Source: Bacilli bacterium (GTDB lineage: Bacteria > Bacillota_I > Bacilli_A > RF39 > UBA660). From it: a DNA stretch of 64,000 nucleotides. How positions within the stretch are numbered: position 1 is the first letter of the stretch; every line of letters starts with the position of its first letter. A model generated the notes under the pieces. The model was not told the origin of the DNA, ran no database searches, and saw nothing but the letters and a program-made list of their open reading frames with translations. This document shows positions 28,412 through 38,777 of the stretch, one piece after another. The translations under genes were made by a program, and so were the position numbers. The DNA is taken from assembly GCA_017544165.1 (NCBI GenBank), contig JAFYER010000002.1, positions 5,228 to 69,227 of the forward strand. The letters run 5' to 3'.

Positions 28412-30986
28412 AATAAAAAAGAAAAAAGTAGGTAATTCTTTAGATAATTTTAAAAGAAGAATCAAATATCAAATAGATAAAAAAGGAATTGGAAAATTTA
28501 TTTTTTCAGTTATTATGATTGGATTAATCGTAGTTTCCAGTCTGCTTTTAGTATTTGCATTATATATTATTATTAGTGCGCCAGATTTTGATAAAGATTT
28601 ATTATATTCAAAGGAAGCCACTATTATTTATGATTTAAATGGTAACGAACTTGCAAGAATCGGACGGGAAAATCGTGATTTAATAACTTATAATGATTTG
28701 CCCCAAGTTTTTGTTGATGCTTTAGTTGCTACCGAAGATTCAAGATTTTTTCAGCATAACGGTCTTGATATAGCAAGATTTTTAAAAGCAAGTTTTAAGC
28801 AACTTATTGGTAGTGATGAAGGTGGAGCTTCGACCTTATCAATGCAACTTGTAAAGAAAACTTTTACGCAAAAGAATAATGATCGAGAAACGCGTATTCA
28901 AAGTTTTATAAGAAAATTTCGCGATATATATATTTCTGTCTTTAAATTAGAAAATAGTTATACAAAAGAAGAGATTATTGAATTTTATGCTAACTCACTA
29001 TGGTTTGGAAATGATGGAAACTTAAACTACTTGGGAATTTATGGTGTAGAGCAAGCTAGCCAACACTTCTTTGGCAAATCCATATCAGAACTAACACTTG
29101 CCGAAACATCATTATTAGTTGGTATGTATCAAAACCCAGCTTTTTACAATCCATACCGCAATCCAGAAGGTTGTAAAAATAGACAAAAGACCGTTCTCAA
29201 ATTAATGGTCTTACATGGATATATAACAGAAGATGAAAAAGATGAAATAATGGCTATTCCTATCGAAAGTCTATTAATAGAAAAAGAAATTGGGGCTAAG
29301 AACGAAAATCAAGCAATTATTGATTTAGTTATTGATGAAGTAGAAGAAAAAACTGGTAATGACCCTAAAAATGTTCCAATGCGAATTTATACTACTATTG
29401 ACCCAGATGTTCAAAAAATTGTTAATAATACAGCTGACGGACAATATTTTACCTTTTATAATGATTTAGATGAGGTTGGTATTGCGATAACTGATGTTGA
29501 AACAGGTGCAATTGTTGCGCTATCCGGTGGAAGAAATTACGTTGCCTTAGGTTTAAATCGGGCAACAAACCGACGTCAACCAGGTTCAACAGCTAAACCA
29601 TTTTTTGATTATGGTCCTTATATAGAATATTTTAATGGTTCTTCTGGCGATTACTTTTTCGATGATCCTTATACATATTCAAATGGCACACCAATTTCTG
29701 ATGCCGATCACGCTTATCAAGGAATGATTACAATCAGAGAAGCGTTAGTTGGATCAAGAAACATTACCGCACTTCAAGCATTCCAAAAAGTAATGGCTGA
29801 AGATACTTCATATATAGCAGATTATGCTCATTCGTTTGGTATAGATTTTGGTGGAAGCTTATATGAATCCGCATCAATAGGTGGATTTGATGGTGTTTCG
29901 CCAATTGAAATGAGTGCTGCATATGGCGCTTATGCTAGAGGTGGGTATTATATTGCACCATATATATTTAGCAAAATAATATATGACGATGGAACTATTT
30001 ATGAATATAAGCCTACCAAAGAAAAAGTTGTCAGTGAAGAAACCGCTTATATGATCACTAGCTCACTAATATCCGCTGTCCAAAACGGATGGAGTGGAAC
30101 AATAAATGTAACAGGAACAGAAGTTGCTGGAAAAACAGGAACAACAAATCTTGATTATGAGACAATCTTAAAATTAGGTGTTCCAGATGGTACTATTCCA
30201 GATTCTTGGTCAGCTTCCTATTCACCAGAATATAGCATTGCTCTGTGGTATGGTTATGACAAACTTCATCCAGAAGATCCTGCATTAAATATGAACACTA
30301 CAACCGGTTGGCGTGCCCGTTCAGAACTAATGGCCGCTCTTGCTAACCGAATTTATAGTACAAATCGCAGATTTAAAGTTCCAAGTGGAATTGTTAGAAT
30401 AGAGGTTGAAAAATACACTGTTCCTCTACAACTACCTTCTGAATATACCCCTGATGATATGCGTATGGTTGAATTATTTAAAGAAGGAATGGAACCTACT
30501 GAAGTTTCAGTAAGGTATCAAAAGCTAGATACACCAACAAATGGTAAAGCAAATATAAATAAAAGTAATGTTGAATTATCGTGGAATGAAATAAAGACAC
30601 CTCTTGCAATTGATAATAATTATTTACAACAGTATTTCAATGACAATTATGGTGTATTTGCATCAAAGTATTATGAAAAAAGAATATCTGATAATGCTAC
30701 ATCATTTGGTCAACTTGGTTATACTATATATCAAAAAAATAATGATGGGACTTTAAAAAGTCTTGGTTGGACTTCAAATAGTCATTTCATTCAAGCTGTT
30801 GAACCAAATAAAGATTATACTTTTGTTATCAAAGCATCGTATGAACTATTTAAAGCAAACGAATCAGGTGGTTTAGAAATAAAAATTAAAACAGAAAAGG
30901 TTGAAACAGACAAAGACCAACCGAAACCAACTGAGGAAGGTAAAGACAAGGAAAAAGATAAAAACAAAGATACTGGTTTAGATTAA
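28395..30986 (+). CDS. ponA: Class A penicillin-binding protein (PBP1A; glycosyltransferase + transpeptidase)
   Basis: 863 aa. GT51 motifs EDSRFFQHNG and GASTLSMQL. Transpeptidase STAKP and KTGTT. recU-ponA synteny. Confidence 0.9.
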   Translation: MMKKIKIKKKKVGNSLDNFKRRIKYQIDKKGIGKFIFSVIMIGLIVVSSLLLVFALYIIISAPDFDKDLLYSKEATIIYDLNGNELARIGRENRDLITYNDLPQVFVDALVATEDSRFFQHNGLDIARFLKASFKQLIGSDEGGASTLSMQLVKKTFTQKNNDRETRIQSFIRKFRDIYISVFKLENSYTKEEIIEFYANSLWFGNDGNLNYLGIYGVEQASQHFFGKSISELTLAETSLLVGMYQNPAFYNPYRNPEGCKNRQKTVLKLMVLHGYITEDEKDEIMAIPIESLLIEKEIGAKNENQAIIDLVIDEVEEKTGNDPKNVPMRIYTTIDPDVQKIVNNTADGQYFTFYNDLDEVGIAITDVETGAIVALSGGRNYVALGLNRATNRRQPGSTAKPFFDYGPYIEYFNGSSGDYFFDDPYTYSNGTPISDADHAYQGMITIREALVGSRNITALQAFQKVMAEDTSYIADYAHSFGIDFGGSLYESASIGGFDGVSPIEMSAAYGAYARGGYYIAPYIFSKIIYDDGTIYEYKPTKEKVVSEETAYMITSSLISAVQNGWSGTINVTGTEVAGKTGTTNLDYETILKLGVPDGTIPDSWSASYSPEYSIALWYGYDKLHPEDPALNMNTTTGWRARSELMAALANRIYSTNRRFKVPSGIVRIEVEKYTVPLQLPSEYTPDDMRMVELFKEGMEPTEVSVRYQKLDTPTNGKANINKSNVELSWNEIKTPLAIDNNYLQQYFNDNYGVFASKYYEKRISDNATSFGQLGYTIYQKNNDGTLKSLGWTSNSHFIQAVEPNKDYTFVIKASYELFKANESGGLEIKIKTEKVETDKDQPKPTEEGKDKEKDKNKDTGLD

Positions 30987-31015
30987 AAAAACGTCTTATT
31001 AAAAGACGTTTTTTT
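30985..31015. terminator. Bidirectional rho-independent terminator
   Basis: AACGTCTT-ATTAA-AAGACGTT flanked by an A-run and a T-run, between convergent genes. Confidence 0.8.
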
Positions 31016-32468
31016 ATCTACTATGAATTGCTACTTCATTTTCATTAGTAAACTCAATATTTATTACTTCACCAGTCTTAACATTTACAACAGTGTAATT
31101 ATTATCGTAAATCCATTTATTTATAGCTTCGAGATAACGACTAATTCGATAATCTAACCAGCCAATATCTTCCGGGTTATCCAGAATATCACTCCTTGAG
31201 CATCCCTTTGTTGCCCTATAATTATCAAGCATATTATAGATTTCACCTAATCCCATATTGTACATTTGAACAGCAATAGGAATATTATAATGGGAATTAA
31301 TTAAACAATCTTGTAAAATTAAGCATCCTATTTGAATATTAGTTTCTACATCGCGAAGCTTTTCATCAGTGATCGTCATTGTCTTTTTTTCATACTTGCC
31401 TGTTTCTTCATTTAATTCATAAAAAGATATTTGTTGATTAACCCAAACACTATATTGAACTTGCATTAAACCAATTCCACCACCGGAATCAATCTCGCTG
31501 GAATGAATTCCCCTTTCTTGTGTGGCCATTCCCAAAACTAAATTAGGATCTAATCCATATTTATGAGAATACTTCATTATTATGTCATAATAAAGTTCTT
31601 TACATTTAATAGCTTTATTTGTATCTGATTCATCAGGAAATTCTAGATACATACTTGTACTTTTGGAAATAGGTTGTGGTTCCTCCTGTGTTTCAACTTG
31701 GTCTTCACCATAATTTATAATAGACTCAATTGGTTCATCCTTATGGTGAACTTCTTCCATAACACTTTCTTCATTACTATTAGTTTCTGTTTCCTCAATG
31801 GTAGATACTTCAGCCGCTTTTTCAAGACGTTTACCCTCATCAGGATTTTTATAAGCGGCACTTAAACTAACCTGTATCGGAGCTACACTTTCGCTTCCTA
31901 GTTCCCTCATTGCCAATTCTTTTTTGATTAAATCATCAACATCTATAGGTTTGTTTGTTGGAAGAAGGGTTTCAACATATACCGAAGAAGGCTCTTGGCC
32001 TTTTTCTGCTTCGTCAGTTGTTCGATCTGTCAACTTAATTAATTTAAATCCTGTAAGCAATACTGCAGGGACCAATAAAAATGCTAAAGCGCTTTTTACA
32101 CTTAAACCATTTCTATTTGCACTTCGAGTAGGGGTTTGACTAATAATCTCTCTTTCAGTAATATCAATTGCTCCATTTTTTTCACAATTTTGAACAATTG
32201 CTTCTTTAATATCTGCCAATTCAGGCAGTTCCAATATTTCCTCACAAAATCTAAATACAATTTTAATATCTGCTTGAGAGTTTTCTAAAATAACTAATTT
32301 TTTATTTTCATCAAACTTAACGACGCAATCATCTAGAGAAATAAGTGACTTTATTTTTGCCGAAATTTCTTGATCAAATGCTAATACATTATTAATGACA
32401 TCCGAACTTTTTTCTGTAAGAGATATACGTCCATCAGTATCATAATAGGAAACAACATATTTACTCAT
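31014..32468 (-). CDS. Membrane-anchored lytic transglycosylase (SLT domain) protein
   Basis: C-terminal SLT-like ATQERGIHSS...GGGIGLMQVQ. Central TM and acidic linker. The ATG at 32468 (MSKYVV...) overlaps the upstream stop. Confidence 0.7.
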   Translation of the reverse strand: MSKYVVSYYDTDGRISLTEKSSDVINNVLAFDQEISAKIKSLISLDDCVVKFDENKKLVILENSQADIKIVFRFCEEILELPELADIKEAIVQNCEKNGAIDITEREIISQTPTRSANRNGLSVKSALAFLLVPAVLLTGFKLIKLTDRTTDEAEKGQEPSSVYVETLLPTNKPIDVDDLIKKELAMRELGSESVAPIQVSLSAAYKNPDEGKRLEKAAEVSTIEETETNSNEESVMEEVHHKDEPIESIINYGEDQVETQEEPQPISKSTSMYLEFPDESDTNKAIKCKELYYDIIMKYSHKYGLDPNLVLGMATQERGIHSSEIDSGGGIGLMQVQYSVWVNQQISFYELNEETGKYEKKTMTITDEKLRDVETNIQIGCLILQDCLINSHYNIPIAVQMYNMGLGEIYNMLDNYRATKGCSRSDILDNPEDIGWLDYRISRYLEAINKWIYDNNYTVVNVKTGEVINIEFTNENEVAIHSR

Positions 32469-32724
32469 AATCTTCAACCTCATTATAAAAATGATTTTCT
32501 AGATAATCATTTACATATTTCCATTCATTATCATCTTGAATATCATAAATCTTCATTTTTTCATTTTCCGAAATCACTTTACTAACGAATAACTGCTTTT
32601 TGCCATTTGAAAAACTTCCATCTGTATAAGCAACATATTTGACATCATTATTTTTCCATGTTGCCACAATATTACACTTAACTTCATTATTATTCTCATC
32701 GAATAAAATCATTTCTTGTCCCAT
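32461..32724 (-). CDS. DUF1292-like small protein
   Basis: 87 aa. ILFDENNNEVKCNIVATWKNNDVKYVAYTD resembles the DUF1292 pattern. Confidence 0.5.
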   Translation of the reverse strand: MGQEMILFDENNNEVKCNIVATWKNNDVKYVAYTDGSFSNGKKQLFVSKVISENEKMKIYDIQDDNEWKYVNDYLENHFYNEVEDYE

Positions 32725-32830
32725 ATTACTCCTACTCCATTCTAACTTTATTTTAACATTAAACTAAAAAAATAACTAATATGTTTAATAAAAAAAACGT
32801 CAACAATATGAAAATAGAACTAGTATCTAA

Positions 32831-33442
32831 TCATAGTTCTATATTCTTACATTTAATCAAGCAATCTTTGCACCTAGGTTTTTTAGCAGTACATATATAT
32901 CTACCAAATAAAACTAATTGATGATGAAGCCTATGGTAATCACAACCTTTAAAAAACAATTCCAACTTTTTTTCTATTTCCAAAACATTATCATTTTCAT
33001 TTGATATTCCAAGTCTTTTTGCTACTCTAGACACATGAGTATCTACTGCCAATGTATTTTCATTGAAAAGTTCCGCTAAAACTACGTTACATGTTTTATG
33101 TCCGACACCAGGAAGGCTTTCTAAATATTGGCGATTATTAGGAACTATTCCATCATAATCATTTAATAATCTACTAGCTATTTCTTTTAAATAGTATGAC
33201 TTTTTCGAAGCTGCACCCAACGAAAATAATTCTTTTTCCAATTCTTTCAATTTCATTGTAGCCAATTGTTTTAAGTTATATTTAGAAAATAAAATCTTTG
33301 TAACACTATTAACTCGTTTATCCGTACATTGTGCTGATAACATAACTGCTATTAATAATTCATAATCTTTGTTATATATTAATTCACAATGAGGATTTGG
33401 AATCATAATATCCAACTTTTGACATATTTCTTTACTCTTCAT
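32831..33442 (-). CDS. nth: Endonuclease III
   Basis: HhH-GPD (LPGVGHKTCNVVL) and C-terminal 4Fe-4S Cys cluster CTAKKPRCKDCLIKC. The ATG at 33442 overlaps the dnaD stop. Confidence 0.9.
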   Translation of the reverse strand: MKSKEICQKLDIMIPNPHCELIYNKDYELLIAVMLSAQCTDKRVNSVTKILFSKYNLKQLATMKLKELEKELFSLGAASKKSYYLKEIASRLLNDYDGIVPNNRQYLESLPGVGHKTCNVVLAELFNENTLAVDTHVSRVAKRLGISNENDNVLEIEKKLELFFKGCDYHRLHHQLVLFGRYICTAKKPRCKDCLIKCKNIEL

Positions 33443-34067
33443 CAAGCCAATTATACTCCAAAACAGTTGTTTCAAATAATTTGTCATCGCTTAAAGACTC
33501 ACTTTTCTTTTTAAGTCCATTTGTGACATCTTGCATTGTTTTGAATCCTTTTTTTTGCCATTCATAAAGAATTCTTTCAATATATCTAAGAGTTAAAACC
33601 CCATTATATTTTGCTTCCTCAAGAGCACCTAACACCATTTCCTCACTAAATTCATGTTCCAACCAAGCATTTATTAATTCAAAATCCATTCCTGACAAAC
33701 TATGACCATATATTTCTTGAAACTTGGAAAAAAAGTCTTGTTTTTTATTATCTTTTTCCTTTGATTTAGTATCGTTAGAAATATCTTCGTATAAACTTTC
33801 CATAGAAACTTTATCAATTAATTGGCCATTATCATTTTTAACAGAATTTAATGTAATAAGTTTTTTGTCAAGTAAACTTCCAAAAGCACTTAATACATCC
33901 TTTTCATTAAGGCAAAGTGCTTTAGCAACTTTTTTAACATCAAAAATCATTTCATCCTCATTATCAAAATACATCAATAACAGAAATTCATTTAAATTAA
34001 TATTGTGTTTTAAAGATTCCTTTAATAACAATGTTTCTACAATATATTTTCTATTTTCTTTAGCCAT
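33432..34067 (-). CDS. dnaD: DnaD-domain replication initiation protein
   Basis: 211 aa. C-terminal DnaD/DnaB-like repeat (LINAWLEH...YIERILYEWQKKG). dnaD-nth synteny. Confidence 0.75.
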   Translation of the reverse strand: MAKENRKYIVETLLLKESLKHNINLNEFLLLMYFDNEDEMIFDVKKVAKALCLNEKDVLSAFGSLLDKKLITLNSVKNDNGQLIDKVSMESLYEDISNDTKSKEKDNKKQDFFSKFQEIYGHSLSGMDFELINAWLEHEFSEEMVLGALEEAKYNGVLTLRYIERILYEWQKKGFKTMQDVTNGLKKKSESLSDDKLFETTVLEYNWLDEE

Positions 34068-35145
34068 TTTGCCACTTCTCCAATATGTATTTTTTTATTT
34101 CAGTTTTATTATTCTTAAGTTCCTTAGCCAAAATACGATTTTTAACGTCGTTTATTATCTCTGAAATTCTTTTACAAGGTTTTATTTTCAATAACTTTAT
34201 AATTTCTTCACCATTTATTTCAATTGATTTCATACTTTTAATTGGCATCTTATTAAATATCTTCGTAATATCTTGCCTTGGTATTTCTAAAATTTGTCCT
34301 GCTACTAAGCAAAGATATAAACCATTATTAAATAAATCAAATTCATCAATACTTCCTTTTTTGATTATTTGGGAAATGCGACTAATATTATCAAGTTCTG
34401 TTTTGGAAAAAGGTAACTTATCACATATAATTTGTGCCCACATTCCCATTAGATCATCCGTATATTTGACTTTATCAAATTTAAGATTAATATTATTAGA
34501 AACATTTGTTTCCTTAAGTAAATCTAATCCAACTTGATAATTCTTACTACTTAAAATTTTAGATAATTCTTCCTTAATTCTCGCCCCGCTTAATGAAGAT
34601 GTTAATTTTGAATTTAAGCATAGTGATTTGTAAGTATTTTGTTCAATATTAAAGTTTAAGATGGTTGCAAAGCGAATTGCTCTAAGCATTCTAAGTGGAT
34701 CTTGAGAAAATTTTTCATTTGCATCCCCAATAACACGAACAATTCTTTTATTAATATCTTCAGTAGCTCCGATTAAGTCTATAATATTATCATTTTTATC
34801 CATGCATAAAGAATTAATTGTAAAATCACGCCTTTTTATATCTTCAAACAAACTACTAATATATTCAACTTCTACAGGTTTACGATTATCGTATCTAATT
34901 TCCTTACGATATGTAGTAATATCAATATTATATTTTTTTATTTTGATATTAAAACCACCATAGCCATTATTTTTTTGAGTAATTTTAAAAATATTTCTTA
35001 AATTAACTGGTAGCGCATTAGTGCAGATATCGACATCATATGTATTTATTTTTAATAATTTGTCACGAACAAAACCGCCTACTATATAGGCTTCATATCC
35101 CTCATTTTCAATTTGCTTTAAGATGTTTTTAATAATTTTATCCAT
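34060..35145 (-). CDS. cca: CCA-adding tRNA nucleotidyltransferase
   Basis: GGFVRDKLL...DVDI nucleotidyltransferase head and RRDFTINS motif. Start chosen at MDKIIKNIL. Confidence 0.85.
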   Translation of the reverse strand: MDKIIKNILKQIENEGYEAYIVGGFVRDKLLKINTYDVDICTNALPVNLRNIFKITQKNNGYGGFNIKIKKYNIDITTYRKEIRYDNRKPVEVEYISSLFEDIKRRDFTINSLCMDKNDNIIDLIGATEDINKRIVRVIGDANEKFSQDPLRMLRAIRFATILNFNIEQNTYKSLCLNSKLTSSLSGARIKEELSKILSSKNYQVGLDLLKETNVSNNINLKFDKVKYTDDLMGMWAQIICDKLPFSKTELDNISRISQIIKKGSIDEFDLFNNGLYLCLVAGQILEIPRQDITKIFNKMPIKSMKSIEINGEEIIKLLKIKPCKRISEIINDVKNRILAKELKNNKTEIKKYILEKWQNG

Positions 35146-35235
35146 AACTCTCCACGCATATTTTAACATAGATTATATTAAAACCCTAGTTATTTATAAA
35201 AAAAGTCACAAAAAAATAGCATGTGCTATTTAAAA

Positions 35236-35322
35236 TGGTGCCCCCATCCGGACTTGAACCGGAACTCTATTCCTAGAAATAGATTTTGAGTCTATCGCGT
35301 CTACCAATTCCGCCATGGAGGC
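35236..35322 (-). tRNA. tRNA-Leu (anticodon CAA)
   Basis: Class II tRNA with a long variable arm. Acceptor GCCTCCA/TGGGGGC, anticodon loop CUCAAAA, T-loop TTCAAGT, encoded CCA. Confidence 0.9.
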
Positions 35323-35363
35323 AATACTTATTAATTATAACACAAACAGATAAATATGTATAA

Positions 35364-35927
35364 TTATTCAGTATATTTACTTTTATATAAATCGACTTCT
35401 GCATCATCTGAAGTTGCATTTTCAACACTAATATTAGGTAATTCAGATATAGATGCTAATCCAAAATAATCTAAAAAAGCATCAGTTGTTTTATATAAAT
35501 TTGGTTTTCCAGGTAAATTACTTTTACCGCATACCTTAATTAAATCTTTTGCCATTAACTTCTTTACTAAAAAAGCTGACGATATTCCCCTCATTTCATC
35601 AATTTGAACTCTAGTTATGGGTTGATTATAAGCAATTATAGCAAGCGTTTCTAAAGCGGCTTGACTTAGTGTCGAAGAAACATTTGGTAACGTAAAAAGT
35701 TTTTTATAATACTCAATATGTTCTTTTTTAGTAGTCAATTTAAATGAATCCGCTAAAAAGCTTATTCGAAGTCCACGATTTTCACTATCATATTCTTTTT
35801 GAAGGTCCTTCAATAATTTTCTAGCTTTTGCTTCATCAATCTCTAAAATATCCATGATGTCATTTATTTTAAGGCCTTCGTCACCGACAATAAATAATAG
35901 TCCTTCCAAAATTGCTAATTCTTTCAT
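35364..35927 (-). CDS. scpB: Segregation and condensation protein B
   Basis: 187 aa. Winged-helix ScpB pattern (EGLLFIVGDEGL..., ETLAIIAYNQPITR). Confidence 0.9.
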   Translation of the reverse strand: MKELAILEGLLFIVGDEGLKINDIMDILEIDEAKARKLLKDLQKEYDSENRGLRISFLADSFKLTTKKEHIEYYKKLFTLPNVSSTLSQAALETLAIIAYNQPITRVQIDEMRGISSAFLVKKLMAKDLIKVCGKSNLPGKPNLYKTTDAFLDYFGLASISELPNISVENATSDDAEVDLYKSKYTE

Positions 35928-36637
35928 TTCTTTACCTCGATAAATATTTTACTAAAATTCCTAGATTGTGACAAGGAAACCTCATTATTTTTACTCATTT
36001 CTAATAATGACAATAATGTGACAACTAATTCTTCTTTATTAAACTCATTAAATAAGTCAGTAAATTCAACCTTGGATTTATTACTAAGTATATTTCTAAT
36101 ATAATCAGTTTTATCTTTTATGCTTAATTCTTTTTTGGCTATTTTAGTATTTAATGGTTTCTTATAATCAGCTCTTTTTTGCATTTCTAAAAATGCTTTT
36201 ATTAAATCTTTTAAATCCACATCCAAACGGCTTGTTGTATCTTCTGAAATATATTCACGGATATTTTCAGGTATTTTTGTAAAATAGCCATGTCTATTGG
36301 TTTCCAAGTCTCTTAATTCACTACTAACCATTTGATATTTTTCAAATTCAATTAATCTTTTTCTTAAATCATCCTCAGAATTGATTTCATAATTATTGTC
36401 ATCTTCTTCATCATCAAAACCTAGTAATATTTTACTTTTTAAATGGATTAGTTCAGATGCCATAATTAAATACTCGCTCATCTTATCGAGATCGTTTTTA
36501 TCAGTATTATTTATAAAATCAATATATTCATCAATGATGATTTTTAGGTCAACCTCATAAATATCAAATTCATGTTTTTTTATCATATGTAAGAGTAAAT
36601 CTAAAGGTCCTGAAAAATCATTAATATTAAAATTCAT
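35924..36637 (-). CDS. scpA: Segregation and condensation protein A
   Basis: 237 aa. FSGPLDLLLHMIKKHEFDIYEV ScpA N-terminus. Overlaps the scpB start by 4 nt. Confidence 0.9.
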   Translation of the reverse strand: MNFNINDFSGPLDLLLHMIKKHEFDIYEVDLKIIIDEYIDFINNTDKNDLDKMSEYLIMASELIHLKSKILLGFDDEEDDNNYEINSEDDLRKRLIEFEKYQMVSSELRDLETNRHGYFTKIPENIREYISEDTTSRLDVDLKDLIKAFLEMQKRADYKKPLNTKIAKKELSIKDKTDYIRNILSNKSKVEFTDLFNEFNKEELVVTLLSLLEMSKNNEVSLSQSRNFSKIFIEVKK

Positions 36638-36645
36638 TTTTTATC

Positions 36646-37575
36646 CTAACTACATTCATATTCCCAAGACTCAACTCTAAAGTTTACAATTCTTGGTGAA
36701 GTATCTTTGGCAAAATATAGTCTATCCTCAATCGCTGAAGCATTCTTAGTATAATCAATAGTTAGTTTGAAACTTAAAACATCATCATCGGTAGATAAAC
36801 TTGAAGTAATTCCGGTCTTAGTATTATTTTTATTATATAATTCTTTATAATAATTATATTTTGTTTCGTAATCATCATTAGTCTTTTCCAAACTATCTGT
36901 ATGTCTTATTTTAGTTAACTTTTCGTTCGTAAATGTATAAACAATTTTCTCGTTTTCTTTTGTACAAGTTAATGTTGATATATTGTTATCATCTATACTT
37001 AAATCTATATATGTATAATCTTCCTCTAAAATTTCTAAAATATCGAAGTAATATGCTTCACCCTCAAAAGAAAAATTATATGTTTTAGTTTCATTTTCTT
37101 TGATAGTTCCAAGCACAGCAATTCTCTTAAGTAAATTATCAGTTTTATTATATACTTCAAAGTATATATTTTGTTGCTCTAAATCAACAGTTTTTGTAAG
37201 TTTATTGGTAGCACTAAAACTAATTGAATTATTATTAAGTTCTATAGCACTAAAAACAATATTATTAACCGTTATATTTTTATCCTCATTAAAATAATTT
37301 TTAGATTCATCAATTTCCGTATTTTCCTCGACTGTTGTATTATTATTAACAACAGCATTATTACTAGAAGCTGTATTTCCGCTCGGAACAGGAGCTGTAC
37401 CCCTTATGAACTTATCATATAATCCATTAATTTGTGGTAAAAAGAAAATAATAGCACAAAAAAAGCCAAAGAATAAAAGCAGTTTTATATACCAAAACTT
37501 ATTATCCTTAATTTGTCCAACTTGATAACTTTTAAGCGGAGATATCTCCACCGGTTGACGTTTTTTCTTAAACAT
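36646..37575 (-). CDS. Membrane-anchored Asn-rich hypothetical protein (309 aa)
   Basis: N-terminal TM (FWYIKLLLFFGFFCAIIFFL). No recognised motif. Confidence 0.5.
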   Translation of the reverse strand: MFKKKRQPVEISPLKSYQVGQIKDNKFWYIKLLLFFGFFCAIIFFLPQINGLYDKFIRGTAPVPSGNTASSNNAVVNNNTTVEENTEIDESKNYFNEDKNITVNNIVFSAIELNNNSISFSATNKLTKTVDLEQQNIYFEVYNKTDNLLKRIAVLGTIKENETKTYNFSFEGEAYYFDILEILEEDYTYIDLSIDDNNISTLTCTKENEKIVYTFTNEKLTKIRHTDSLEKTNDDYETKYNYYKELYNKNNTKTGITSSLSTDDDVLSFKLTIDYTKNASAIEDRLYFAKDTSPRIVNFRVESWEYECS

Positions 37576-37677
37576 ATTATCACCCTTATTATTATAATTA
37601 TTATACTATACCAGATACCTTAAAACAATAAAACTATTGCTATTTAAATAATATTTTGCTATAATCTAACTTGTATC

Positions 37678-37754
37678 GGCGATGTAGCTCAGCTGGCTAG
37701 AGCATCCGGTTCATACCCGGCAGGTCGTGTGTTCGAATCACACCGTCGCTACCA
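37678..37754 (+). tRNA. tRNA-Met, elongator type (anticodon CAU)
   Basis: Very similar to Bacillus elongator tRNA-Met (GGUUCAUACCC). T-loop TTCGAAT, encoded CCA. Upstream extended -10 TGCTATAAT (37657-37665). Confidence 0.85.
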
Positions 37755-37762
37755 TTGAAATT

Positions 37763-37786
37763 AACTAGGTTTAACCTAGTTTTTTT
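37763..37786 (+). terminator. Terminator (shared with convergent AAA+ gene)
   Basis: AACTAGGT-TTA-ACCTAGTT followed by T6. Confidence 0.7.
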
Positions 37787-38702
37787 AATTTATATCATCA
37801 AGATTTACATTTTCTACACGAAGCATATCAGCAAACACTGTTTTAAATCTTTCCTTCTCTTTAACCAGCGCATCTTCATAAATGCTTTTTGTATTACATA
37901 TTGCTTTATAAAAATGTTTAATAGTAACCATATTGGTATTATCATAAAGAGCATAAGTAAAAGCGTTAGATATAATAGTTAAACATATATCAGGATATCT
38001 ACTTGATATTTCATATACTCTTTTATATTCATCAGTCATTTCAACTATAAAGGTCATTATTTTTTGAATGACAAAAGGTTGATACGCAATTTTTAAACCC
38101 AATTGTTTTTCAAGTTTTGGATAAGTTCCCATCAGTATTTTAACACATGTATCAGCATCAGCTTCTGCGACATCAACTTTTTGAAAACGACGCAAAAAAG
38201 CACGATCTCGCAAGATATATGTTTCATATTCCTCAGTTGTTGTAGCGCCTATCATTTTAATTGTGCCGCGGTCAAGTCCAGCTTTCAACATATTGGCAAA
38301 GTCTAAACCGCCTTCCCTATTAACAAGCAAATGAGTTTCATCAATAAATAAAATAGTTTTTTCCTTCGTAGCTAATTCTTTAACAAGTAAATCTATACGA
38401 TTCTCAATTTGACCGGCACTTTGAGTAGATCCAATCAAACTTGTAATGTTTATTTTAATAATAGACCAGCCCTTTAATGCATCTGGTACTAGATTATTCT
38501 TAATTCTATATGAAAGGCCTTCAACGATTGCTGTTTTACCTATTCCGGGTTTTCCCACTAATAAAGCACTTTTTTCAGGCGTAAGTAAAATTAATATACA
38601 TTGTTTTATTTCGTTATCACGGGCAATCGCAGGATCAGTAATATATTCTTTTTCCGTTAAATTTTCCCCATATCGTTCTAACATACTAATTTGCTCATTC
38701 AT
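37785..38702 (-). CDS. Stand-alone AAA+ ATPase homologous to the ClpA/ClpB/ClpC D1 module
   Basis: [11 protein letters not shown]...[13 protein letters not shown]...[21 protein letters not shown] (Walker A), ILFIDETH (Walker B) and [13 protein letters not shown]...[11 protein letters not shown]. No N-domain, M-domain or D2. Confidence 0.8.
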   Translation of the reverse strand: MNEQISMLERYGENLTEKEYITDPAIARDNEIKQCILILLTPEKSALLVGKPGIGKTAIVEGLSYRIKNNLVPDALKGWSIIKINITSLIGSTQSAGQIENRIDLLVKELATKEKTILFIDETHLLVNREGGLDFANMLKAGLDRGTIKMIGATTTEEYETYILRDRAFLRRFQKVDVAEADADTCVKILMGTYPKLEKQLGLKIAYQPFVIQKIMTFIVEMTDEYKRVYEISSRYPDICLTIISNAFTYALYDNTNMVTIKHFYKAICNTKSIYEDALVKEKERFKTVFADMLRVENVNLDDIN

Positions 38703-38748
38703 TCTATCACCCACTTTAAATTATACCAAATATTTATTTTATTTAAAA

Positions 38749-38776
38749 TAAAAAAACCCTTACGGGTAATTTTTTT
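38749..38776. terminator. Weak bidirectional terminator
   Basis: A7-ACCC-TTAC-GGGT-AA-T7. The GC stem is short and is extended by A/T run pairing. Confidence 0.4.
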
Positions 38777-38777
38777 A

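Noticed and set aside
33724-34537. 146-aa and 150-aa plus-strand ORFs
   Set aside because: They are antisense shadows of dnaD and cca, with low-complexity Ser/Leu/Phe/Ile composition and no RBS.
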